NCBI GenBank assembly: GCA_002811645.1
Contig: PDIP01000063.1
Span: 197,431 to 261,430 of the forward strand
Source: Corallochytrium limacisporum Hawaii
Taxonomy: Eukaryota; Protista; Pluriformea
Reading direction: 5' to 3'
Length of the DNA stretch: 64,000 nucleotides
A program made the position numbers and the translations under genes. Each line of letters starts with the position of its first letter. Position 1 is the stretch's first letter. Positions 31,488 to 42,289 of this stretch are shown here, one piece after another. The notes beneath the pieces are model-generated. The model saw nothing but the letters and a program-made list of their open reading frames with translations, was not told the DNA's origin and made no database searches.

Positions 31488-32997
31488 CATTCATACACAC
31501 ATACATATTTGCAGAGAATGACAAAGATAACAGATCAATGCGTTGTGAAGCATGAATGCTTCCTTGTCAGGACGAGCATGACCTGCCTTTGATTGGCAAG
31601 CGGCTGCGTGTACGGACGGAGAGATCGAACTAATTGCCAAAGGAACCCACATACTACTACAAGGCACATCTAAACACAGATGAAAAACCAAAGCGAACCC
31701 AAATGCGCTCTCAATGAAGGGCTCTCCGCTCTCGGGGTGTAGTGTGGTGGAACGGGGACGTCGGTCCCGTTCTGCGGGCTCAATCTATACTCTATCCGTG
31801 CACATTTCGGGATGATTGATAAGCGAATGAATGAATAAAGAGCCGGGTAAGGGGGGAATTTGGGAAGTGGCTAAGCTGATGAAGAGGCAAGATTCCTGGT
31901 TAATTTTGACCCAGGCCAGCCGTAGCACACGTTCAACGAGCTGAGACGCAAATCAGTCGTCAGACCTCGGCCATGGGACAAGGGAACGACATGCTCCCCA
32001 TCGTACGCGTCCGTACAGACTGGGTCCCGGGATTGGGGTCCAACGGTCTAGTACGGACGGCTGTGTAATCATAGATTGGGTCCGAGAGATGCCCGGGAAA
32101 CAAGCAAACCCATGAGTGTACAGGTGAAGTATGACAGTGAGGACGATGAAGCGCAACATACATGGTAGGTACCCGAAGCAGGCCATAAATACTCATATAG
32201 ATATAGACGCAGCCTGCGCATGATGCCTCCTACCGGTATTCATGCGACTAATTGCATCGGCTGGGTCTAGTTGTGGTCCGGCTGCGCACATCACCGTACA
32301 TGCAGAGACCATGTTGCATCAGTTTTGGAGATGGATGGTTCTCTCCCGGTTGGCAATATTGAGAAAGTGATGCTGTCCGAAGGATGACGATGTTGGGGAA
32401 TGATGGCGGGGCTATATCGATGCACCAACTCGAGAAACTCGGCTTGTGGACATGCCCCTCCTTACAGTTGGTCCGTATGCCGGATGCGACAGAAAGTTTT
32501 GTGCCTCCTAGGGGCACCCTTTCCTTTCCGTTACCCTAGTCACTCCGGGCCACAGGCGAGGCACATAGTGCTTGCCAAAGCTGTCAGATCCGGCCGCGTC
32601 GACAAGTACACTGCCGCAGTCCCCCCGGGGAGGGGGAGGCGAGGGGGGCCCAACGCCATGGATGTGTGTGACAGGCCACCTGGTCTGAACGGTGATGTCT
32701 CTCGGTCAGTTAACCCCCTTTTCGAAACCTCATCTCTAACACTGTGGGCCATTGGGTAGTAGTTTCTTGAGCCATGGCCAAAATGTTGCTCGGGCGTCGT
32801 TTACTCCGTCGTTTCTAAATGGCATTTCTTAGTGCCGCAGTCTAATGTTGCACCGGAGCATCCAAACCCTGATCATTACGTCATCAAGGCATGAACAGGC
32901 ATAACCAGTGACTGGGATTCGAGAGCAGTGAGACAAACCAACACCTGGCGCATAGCCAGCCGCGAGCGATGAGGATGAGGCAAAGAGTGGCCGCCGG

Positions 32998-33087
32998 GTA
33001 TGCTGCAGAGGTCCGCGTGTATGTTCCACTAGGTGCCGTGTATGATGCACTAGGTGTTGTGTATGATCCAGTAGGTGGTGTTGTATG
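32998..33087. repeat. Degenerate 21-bp tandem repeat, about 4 units
   Basis: GTATGctgcagAGGTccgcgt / GTATGttccactAGGTgccgt / GTATGatgcactAGGTgttgt / GTATGatccagtAGGTggtgtt / GTATG. Confidence 0.85.
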
Positions 33088-34874
33088 GCGCACACCGCTG
33101 CGGATAGAGGGGGCTTACACATTCGGTGTTGAACCCCTCCCCGCACAACCTCTAAAATACACCAAACCAATGTGTTGTGTTTATTAATTGCGCGATGCGA
33201 GGCGTCGGGCCTGCAATTGAATCCCACGCAATTAAAAATTTGATTTTCAAGAGCAGTATTGTCAGTATTGATCGGACAGCAATCAATGATGATTTGCTTG
33301 TGGCCGCATAGTAACAGTACTGCAACTCGGTTGGGCTGGGGCAAACAAAAAGGGCGGTGGAAGATACGGGGCGGTGGCGGAATTTGTTAGATTCTGGTGC
33401 TGAGCAAAGGGGGGACGGGTGACCCGGGGGTGGGGGGCTGGAGCAGGTGAGTACTGCAGTGTAATAAAGAAGGGGAGCCCTCGGGAGGGCTGGGAACCCC
33501 CCCCCCCGGGGGGGGGGGCTGCAATCCGTATCCTTTTTCCGTTATGCTCCAAGTGGTATCATCATCCTGGACCATCATCCCAATCATCATCAACGGAACA
33601 TAGGAAGAAAGATCCAGGGATTGTAGGCTGGCTGTCTGTACATACTTCATAGTAGTATAATTGGATGACAACATGTGGTGGCGTTGAAAGACAGCGGTGC
33701 GCTGCTGGGCTAAGTCGGCAAAGGACCAGTCCATCGTCTCATCATCGGTTTCAGCATCATGAGGACTGTGCTCGCATAGTGCGACGCAGACACAATCCAC
33801 AGCAGTTGTCATGCCACACCAACTTGAATCACATGTCAAGTGTTGTTGCCAAACTTTCTAGGATGGTCCCGCTGAAGTCTGAGAGTTTGCTTTCTCCCAG
33901 GGCAACCAGTGCGTCCGCATTCCTCGCAGAACCGTCTTAGGTGCTCGGATTCGGTATAGAGTAACAACGGCGACATCAACATCATTAAGCAAATTCGGAG
34001 TATTTCGGGCCAAAACACGCCTCCAGGTACACAGCCAGAACAAGCCATCCACCCAGCCCAACTCTGTTTTGGTTGCTCCTTGGCTGGAGGCACACACTAC
34101 GAAGACCCATCGTAAACACAATGGAAAGGAATCCATTTCTGGCCGAGTGTGCGTTTGTGCTGGGACGTCCATAGTTAATGTACTCAAACCGGGTTCGAAA
34201 AATTGACATGGTGGGCTGATTTTGAACATCATCAACAGTTTGCTCGCGGAATTTGGATGCCTAAAGAGCCGTCACCACCACTGCTTCCATCATTTTCGTT
34301 TTCGGAGCAGAACAGCACATTCGCACATCCTTAAGTGTTCTCTATACAATATGGGCAATTTTCAATCTGTTAATTTATGTTTCTTCAGTTTTTGGACCGT
34401 TGAGATACGCTGCACATGGAGAACAATCACGATGTTCGCAATGACTTTTAGCATGCTGTTTGTTGATGGCCCTTTGTCAGTGCTGGCTCGCATACTAAAA
34501 GACTGAAAAAGAGGAAACATCCGTTCTGCGCCAGCACAGAAAAATGTGATCGTAGCATGACATCCACGGCACACTTTTGCCAATCTATTCTCTTGATCGG
34601 GTCTTGCATGGCACCTTCAATCGCTCGCATTTTCATTAAAGTCATTGGGAAATGTTTGCCCCGGTTAGCACGGTGCTGTATGGCCGCTGCCGATCGGAGC
34701 AAGTGATAAGCAAAAGCTGGGTGGCACATGAGGAGACACCACACAGATCGAGATACACAGTGAGCCACGAGAGCCAGAAAGTGAGAGAGAACAGAGAGAG
34801 AGACACACACTCACACACACGCACACACACACAGCGGAGAGCCGCGAAGCAGACAGACTGAGAGGTGAACAGGG

Positions 34875-34876
<2 letters not shown>

Positions 34877-34916
<40 letters not shown>

Positions 34917-34924
34917 GAGTGTGT

Positions 34925-34972
<48 letters not shown>

Positions 34973-35108
34973 TGTGTGTGTGTGTGTGTGAGCGCGAGGA
35001 AGAGAAAAAAAAGAGCGAGAGAGCAACAAACACAGACACAGACACGCGGAGGGAGAGAGACAGACGTTGAGACACCACAGCGAGACAGGGAATGAAACAC
35101 GGGGAGAC

Positions 35109-35140
<32 letters not shown>
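34877..35140. repeat. Compound (GA)n/(GT)n microsatellites
   Basis: Long GA tracts at 34877-34970 and 35110-35140; TG tract at 34971-34990. Confidence 0.95.
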
Positions 35141-35144
<4 letters not shown>

Positions 35145-35305
35145 GACGGAGGGAGGAAGGAAAGGTGAGACGGAGCCCACAGGGCTGACGGAGAGTGAGA
35201 AAGCGCAAGGCGGCCGCTTGGGGGGACAGGAGGCGGCTTGCGCCCGGGCGTTGGGCGGTAGACCCCCTGCCACTTTTCACAACCACTCACGGTCGCTCCC
35301 GGTTT

Positions 35306-35320
35306 CGGTACTTTTACAAT
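35306..35320. repeat. Left arm of a 15-bp perfect inverted repeat (partner at 41057-41071)
   Basis: CGGTACTTTTACAAT here; ATTGTAAAAGTACCG at 41057-41071. Confidence 0.85.
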
Positions 35321-36971
35321 GAAAATGGGGCTATTTTGGGCTCCCCTGAGCGGTTGAAAAGTTCAGGGTCCCCTACCACACCGTGCGTGTTGTGTGCGAG
35401 AGAGCTCTCGCTCGCTCGTCGACGAAGTCTGCTGGTCTCTCTCGTTTTACGTTGCTCGCGTCGAGACCCACCACTTCAACGAGAGCAACGTATGGCGATC
35501 TGAACATGACCTTGCTTCCCGTTTTGAGTGCGACGGACAGCGGCCGACCCACCAAGTTGCTCCGGGTCCCCCTGAGGCCTACTCCTTGTTCCAATTTTGT
35601 CGAAGGACGAAAGTGGGAGAATGTGACGGAAAACGAACCCAAGTCAAATAGACCTTTTTCAGTAGTGAAAGTACTGAAATCTTCGGATTTTTTGGGCAAC
35701 GGGTCCTCCGCAGGGCCGAGTGTACGTACTGCGCGGGCATACACTGGACTCGGAGCGGAGCCAGTCCAAATGGTCCGTCCGTCCCAGGGTGAAGTCACAC
35801 GGGAACTAAGGCGAAGGGCCGAGTTGTCCCAAATACGGAAAAGTGGATTTCATTCTTGAAATATGTAATTTGATTATATATAATGAAAGTACTTTTTGAT
35901 TTTTGATTCATCTCTTAATTTTTATATTTTGAAGCTTATTCCAAGTCTGCGGAATGACCCCGTTTCGGTGGTGAATGTACTGAAAAGGCCGGCGGGCAGC
36001 CCTGCCGGATGAGTGTACTTGAATCGCGTGGTGGCGAAATAATTTTCAAATTCTTCGCCGAGCGTTCATTTTTGGCACTCACCCCGGGGTTCTCAGCCCG
36101 TCAGGCCCTACAGTACGGCAAATCAGGTCCAACGGGCCCCACCCCTCCTGAACCACTCTTCCGCCCGACCTCCTTCCAACCTCCCTGGGTGTTTTCTTAG
36201 GTCCATCGCGTACTGCAGTACAAATGCACTGAGAATGTGAGCCAAATGGCGATATCGCCCAGGTTGGTACATTAAGTACTGAGGATGCCACTCGCCAACG
36301 ACGGGGCCTCTTCCACGCACGGTCGGAAACGACGGCTACCTAAGGACAACAGATGCGGATCATCGCTGAGTCGCGAACACTAAAGCAATAACAAGCCATT
36401 ATCTGGAAGGTCGATCCAACTTGGATATCAGTACATTGACTATGGCAGCGGGCCTACAGGCCCCCCTTGACATGCTAGAGCATCCAAGTCTGAGGCTACT
36501 GTGATAGACGGGAGTGGAGGCCGGCCCAAAGGAAAGAATGAGTGTTAATTTTTTTTTGTAGCTGGGGACGAGGAATCCTCTGGCCCACTGCTCAGGTAGT
36601 GAATGTGCCACAAAATGTACCAAACTGCCAAAACCTGCAGTTTCGGTACTGAGCCACGAAGGTAAAACAACTCCCCGATACCACCACAACCCAAAACGGC
36701 CACTTTTTGGCCCCTCAGTTTCACCATAGAGGGGCCCATTTTTCCTGCAGTTTTGGCCCCCATCCCTGCTGCTCCTCCGCCGTTTTCGTCCCCTGTCCGA
36801 GGGCCAGCGCCCAACCCTCCACTGCCAGAACTGCACACAAATTCCTCATCCGTCGGCAATTTGCTGAGCGGTTGAGGGACAGAAGAGGTGCGGCACAGGG
36901 TTCAGCGGGCGAGATTTTGCGCTTCCGACCGACACGGCGCCAAATTTTTGGCCTCTCAGGACCCGCTTTAT

Positions 36972-37220
36972 GGATCGAAAGGGATAAATGGGCTGCAAAA
37001 CGGACCGCCTAACCCATCGATATGGGATCGAAAGGTCGGAATCCGGGGGCGTTGGACCCGGGAATAGCGCTTTTATCGGTCCAGCAGGGGGCCTGCGCGG
37101 CGCCGCAACCGTTGTGAAGTTTAATAGTCAATTTATGGAATTTTTCCTTTCGGCCTTTCGATCCGATCTGGTGGTTTTAGGAGGGAGAGCATTCGTCATT
37201 TTAAAGTCATCGTTCGATCC
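36972..37220. promoter_or_regulatory. Cluster of GGATCGAAAGG motifs
   Basis: Exact 11-mer at 36972-36982 (+), 37025-37035 (+) and 37154-37164 (-); 8-bp partial at 37213-37220 (-). Confidence 0.55.
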
Positions 37221-40200
37221 CAGTTTCCTTCACAACGAAGTGGCCGCGGGAATAACTTGCGGGAGCCGGAATGAATGGACCAAATTAGCGAGGAAAAATT
37301 ACCTGACGACTTGGAATACAGACAATTTGGCAATGAAGGAGAGAACGGGGGTTTATGAAAGCAAAAAGTGAAACCATCTCTGGTCGGTGGTGAGCCAGAT
37401 GAACTACTGTTGCTGTGTGCGTGTTTTGGGTAAGACTGGCCCACCGGTATTTCCCTGTCTTCTTATCTGAGCACAAGGAGAGCGGGTGCAAAATCGGAGA
37501 GCGCACCCAGACGAAACCAGGAGAACGGCGCTTTGATCATTTTCGCTTGGGACTTGGAAAGTGACATTCCCAGGCGGAAAGGGCCGCATGAGTATTCTCT
37601 ATTTGGGGCTTATCGCTGCAGCAAATCTCTCGGTGGTCAGAGTAGAACAGGAAACGCTACAACAGAAACGAGAGAAATGGGCCCAAAAACAAAAGGGGGA
37701 GGGGGTGGGGGCGCACAGGAGGAGGAGGAGACAAGCGACGAAAAAAAAAGGAGAGGGCTCACATGCCACCACCAACCAACCCCAAGACCCAAAGGAAAAT
37801 AGAAAACATAACAAACCCCAGCTCAGCTGCGCGCGGCTCCCAAGCAGTGTTTTCCGGTGCGGTTTTTCAGCGTGGAGTTGGTGAGTTTTGTTGACTTTCC
37901 TGCTCTCTGATTGGCTCAAAGCCGTCGTCTTTCCTTTTTCAGATCTGTTCCCGTTTCAGAGAGGGTTAACAACAAAATTAAAATACGAAGAGCTGAATGG
38001 TAAAAAAGATCGGGAAACAGAAACCAAAAAAGAAAACTGTCCGTTTTGTCCACATCTATCGGCAAAACTATGGATTTATACTGGGGAATCTGGCATGAAA
38101 CCCGTCTTCCGGAGAAAGAAACAAAACAGAAAAGGGAGACGGCGACAGCACACCACCACGTTCCATTCGACGATAAGCAGCATCGTTCGGCTCACAGGGT
38201 CAAACAAAAAAAAAGGCGAAATTGCGTTACCACGTCACGTCTTGTCTGCTGCCATGGATCATGTTTTTTTGAGACTTTGGCCCATGTGTTTAGTATGGGA
38301 TATGGCCTTCCTTACTGACAATGATTCTTATTTTGATTTATTTGAATGTGCAATTGCGTCTACCACAACGACAGAACGGCAGCCGCTCACTGACAAGGTC
38401 AGCCAAGTCCTTGTGGAATGGAATCGACGACGTACTGCGATCTTGCTTCAGAACGACGGATCGGGAAAAGTTGTTTACAGGCCCTTCCTACATAGTTAAT
38501 GTACTATGATTCAATCTTATTCTTTGCCAGGCAAGCGGTTTTTCCCCGTTCCTTCTTTTTTCCAAGCCCTTCGATGTCTGCTGTCTCCTGTCGCGCACTC
38601 CTTTTCATTTTCTCTCACCGTTCGTACACGATGCGGTCCAGCCTGTGCCGTCCGTGCGGTCTCTCCGTTGACGGTACATTTTACATAGTTATTTCCCTTC
38701 CCATTTCTCAAAGTTCGTCTCTTTTGCAGCCGGTCAACCGTGCCGTTTTTCCTTCTTCGCACCTTGCCCGTTGTTGGTCCGATGTGCGACGCGGGAAGGC
38801 AAAAGGCCAGTGGCAGAAAGAAAGAACAGAATATTTCTGGACTCCCCCGGCCCTCGGTCCCCCCCTCTCCGATCCAGGAGAGTTAGGGCTTCAGCTAAAT
38901 ACCATTTCCTTCCTTAAGAGGGAAAACTGCCTATTTAAGTAAACGGCTCGCTGACGGCCGTGTCCCGGAGCGGAAAATGCGTCCACGGAGAGGGTTGCGT
39001 GCAGAGCCCGGACCGGCTTTTTCCCCGGCATGCTTTGATAGGTCTCAGTCTACGCTTATTGGGAAACAGTAATACTAATTGGCCTTAAGAAATTTGGAAC
39101 AAAATTGTAAATGCCCGAAGATATCGGCACCCAAAGGGGGCGGGTTCGTGACCAACTTTGAACGCTTTGGGTCACCCCCCCTCCCTGCAACGATAATTTT
39201 CCATCGCTCGGAAATTGTCGATTTTTCGGGGAGATGAAATTCTCTGCTCAATTTCCTTAACGAAGTTGGGAGCTGTCGGTGAGAAGCAGGGAGCGCCGGA
39301 GGAGAGAGCTGGCTCGAGACGGCCGGAAAACCCGAGCCGGAGGTCGTCGACCCGAAAATTATCGACCCAAAATGATTGGCTAAATTGGAGAATGGGAGGT
39401 AGGTTGAATGTGCTGCGCCTCGACTGTGGTCGGAGTTATATATAAAATAAGGGGAAAAATATCAGCTATTTATGCGCGAAATATAATTTCGTGAGTGGAC
39501 GTGTGCACACTCACCCCGTTCGGATCAACCCGGGGGGTGAGGGTCCCCCGTACCCCCAAAGGGCGGAAGCGCTGACGGTCTGCCGCACCAAATTCAAGTA
39601 CTTTCAGTATGAAATTCTGCTCTTGGTATCCCTGGTCCCCACGGAAAACCTAGTTTCGATAGTAAATCAACCGAAGCTGGTGCACCCAACCCCTTGCGCA
39701 GTACTGAAAGTACGGATGTTTTGGACCCCCGACATCACGGAACGGGCGCGAGTTCGAAAAGCTTCGAAGGAGCGACACGGGAGGCGCGGGCTTTCTTTTG
39801 CCATTCCCGCCGAAATATGGCGCAAATTTAGGGGGAATTTCTAGGGAGGCGGGGGGAGACCGTCGAGGCACAGACGGCAAGAACCGGACCAATTCCAAAG
39901 TCCGCGAAATATACATCGTCCCAGTGGCGCCATTTTTAATCACCGTTGTTGTGCAGTTTATATAGTGAAAGTATTGGGAAGTGGGTTCGAAATACGGCTG
40001 CAACGGCTCACGGAAGATAAAGAAAAGAAAAGGGGTCGAAGCGAAAAGCCGAGACTGACACCAGTGTCCACCCCTTTTCACCGCGCGCGGGAAAACGCGA
40101 GACGATCGCTGGAGGGACGAGGGAGAGGGGAAACAAGCGGGCTGCTCTGCGGCAAGAGAGACGAAAAAGATAAAAAAAGTTGAATTGCGGGCTGGATCGA

Positions 40201-40627
40201 AATTCCGGAATTCGTGTTGAGTGATGGAAAAGACTTCGCTGATGGTGAACAATCATATTTTGATACTGAATATATGCACATTGTCGTCGAGTTTCTCTTC
40301 AGTTGCCTTGTGCCAGTGGTCCCTGCTTCAGCAAGTCGAGTTCTACTGCACTCCGTCAGTTTTGAGGCTGGGAGGTCCATTCCTGCGCTATGGAATCGAA
40401 AGGGTTTAAGGTTTTAGAGGAAACGACGAGGGAGCGTGAACACTGACAGACAGGCCAATCGGGCATTCACGTCATCAAATTTCCAGGTTTTGGTACTAAA
40501 ACTATGACACAGGATTCACCGTCAGTGACGAAAATGAGCAAAGAAATCTGGGTGCACCGCCTCCTGCTCACCCGACCACAGAACGGCGGGAAGAAAAGGA
40601 GGGGGAGAAGGGGAGGGAGAAGGGGGT

Positions 40628-41003
40628 NNNNNNNNNNNNNNNNNNNNNNNNNNNNNNNNNNNNNNNNNNNNNNNNNNNNNNNNNNNNNNNNNNNNNNNNN
40701 NNNNNNNNNNNNNNNNNNNNNNNNNNNNNNNNNNNNNNNNNNNNNNNNNNNNNNNNNNNNNNNNNNNNNNNNNNNNNNNNNNNNNNNNNNNNNNNNNNNN
40801 NNNNNNNNNNNNNNNNNNNNNNNNNNNNNNNNNNNNNNNNNNNNNNNNNNNNNNNNNNNNNNNNNNNNNNNNNNNNNNNNNNNNNNNNNNNNNNNNNNNN
40901 NNNNNNNNNNNNNNNNNNNNNNNNNNNNNNNNNNNNNNNNNNNNNNNNNNNNNNNNNNNNNNNNNNNNNNNNNNNNNNNNNNNNNNNNNNNNNNNNNNNN
41001 NNN
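40628..41003. other. Assembly gap
   Basis: N-run between a G-rich and a C-rich tract. Confidence 0.99.
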
Positions 41004-41056
41004 CCCCCTAACCTCCCCTCCCTTACTCCCCTCCCTGGGCCGGCCTAAATTTTTGA

Positions 41057-41071
41057 ATTGTAAAAGTACCG
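41057..41071. repeat. Right arm of the 15-bp inverted repeat
   Basis: Reverse complement of 35306-35320. Confidence 0.85.
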
Positions 41072-42289
41072 GGAACGTCCTGTGGATCCTGGACTTTGCC
41101 CATTTTTCTCCCGTGAACTCTCCCCCTCTCCCCAGAAAATTCCCGTCTCCCTTTCTCCGGGCTACTTCCGTTCTATTTTTTTTTTCTTTTTTGGTGTCTG
41201 CTTCCCCAAGTCCGCGACGGCTCGTCCAGCCGGAGGCCTGCGTGGTGCTCGAAAATCTGGTATATTCAGTACCGGAGGGCCAGCGGAAGGGTAAACAACG
41301 AAGTGGCAACCCGCAGACAGGCTGGACCAAAAAAAGAAAAACAAAAAGAAAATGAGGATTCGAGTTCAGAAGAACCAGGAGTCAGCCGAGAGTTGTAATT
41401 AGAGAGGAGCCCAACATAATTGTATTTGATGCTCTGTAATATAACATCAAACATCGTTATTTTAGTATTGGACAATTCTAATACAAACTTGGATATGTCA
41501 AATATACCTATACTTATTCTTCAGTTCCAAGTGTAGGTAAAGATAGAAATCGTTGACGACGATAACACCGGGGAGAGGCAGGCGGAATTTTTTTTGGAAA
41601 TATGGCACGGCACCGGTCGCGAAGAGTGGTCCCTTCCATTGTCCTTCGCCAATGTCTATACTAAATATACTCTCAAGGATCAGTGAAATATGAAAATAGT
41701 GGCGAGGAGAAAATTCCAACGCAGCAGCGGTTCGTATTTGGCCCGTCATTTTCGTCTTGCTCCTTGCACTCGGCTCACTCCCGTTCATTGTCTTCCGCTG
41801 CAATAAACAAATACTATTACAATGCTCTATATTTCTCAATGTATTATGTATGAGATAGTGTATGGTTGCGACGAAAGCACCTATCCCAGTGGACATTACG
41901 GGTCGGGACTCGCGGTGGGGAGGGGGGAGAAGGCCCCCCCTGCGCGACCCTTTCGACCCTCCAAGACGACACAGACATTTGTGTTCCTTTGTTCCTTTGC
42001 TTTTATTTTATATTTTGGCGGCAAATTTAAGAAATATATGAGTGTGACAATGTACAATTACCAACCAGCACGCGCAAGGAAGGTAACACCGGCAGGTTGG
42101 GACAAGGTTACACCCTCCACAGTCATCCCCCCAATCCCCCGACCAGGTACAAGATGCATCGCATCCACCGGTCCTAACCTCGGCTTTGACGAGTTTACAG
42201 GCTCCACACGTTACAATCAATATTTCGATCTGAAAAATTGGGCAACCCCCTTTTTTTTTGATCGACTTTTGATTGTTTTCTCCCACGAC

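Larger units (their letters stand above)
26440..31490. repeat. Microsatellite-rich low-complexity block ((TG)n, (CA)n, (GA)n, (TC)n, (CTT)n, homopolymers)
   Basis: Many simple repeats are directly visible, e.g. (TG)n 26954-26978, (GA)n 30028-30054 and 30581-30615, (CA)n 31434-31485. Confidence 0.9.

Noticed and set aside
37888-38499. 203-aa ORF, and the 105-aa ORF at 57227-57544
   Set aside because: No motif, weak or non-ATG start for the first, and intergenic-like composition; cannot be supported without expression data.
35306-41071. DNA transposon defined by the 15-bp inverted repeats
   Set aside because: No transposase ORF or remnant inside and no target-site duplication seen.
41822-42289. 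156-aa N-terminal extension of the SAM-ePHD ORF in the ORF track
   Set aside because: AT-rich, contains G/C and T homopolymers and looks like leader or promoter DNA; the SAM domain begins right at ATG 42290.
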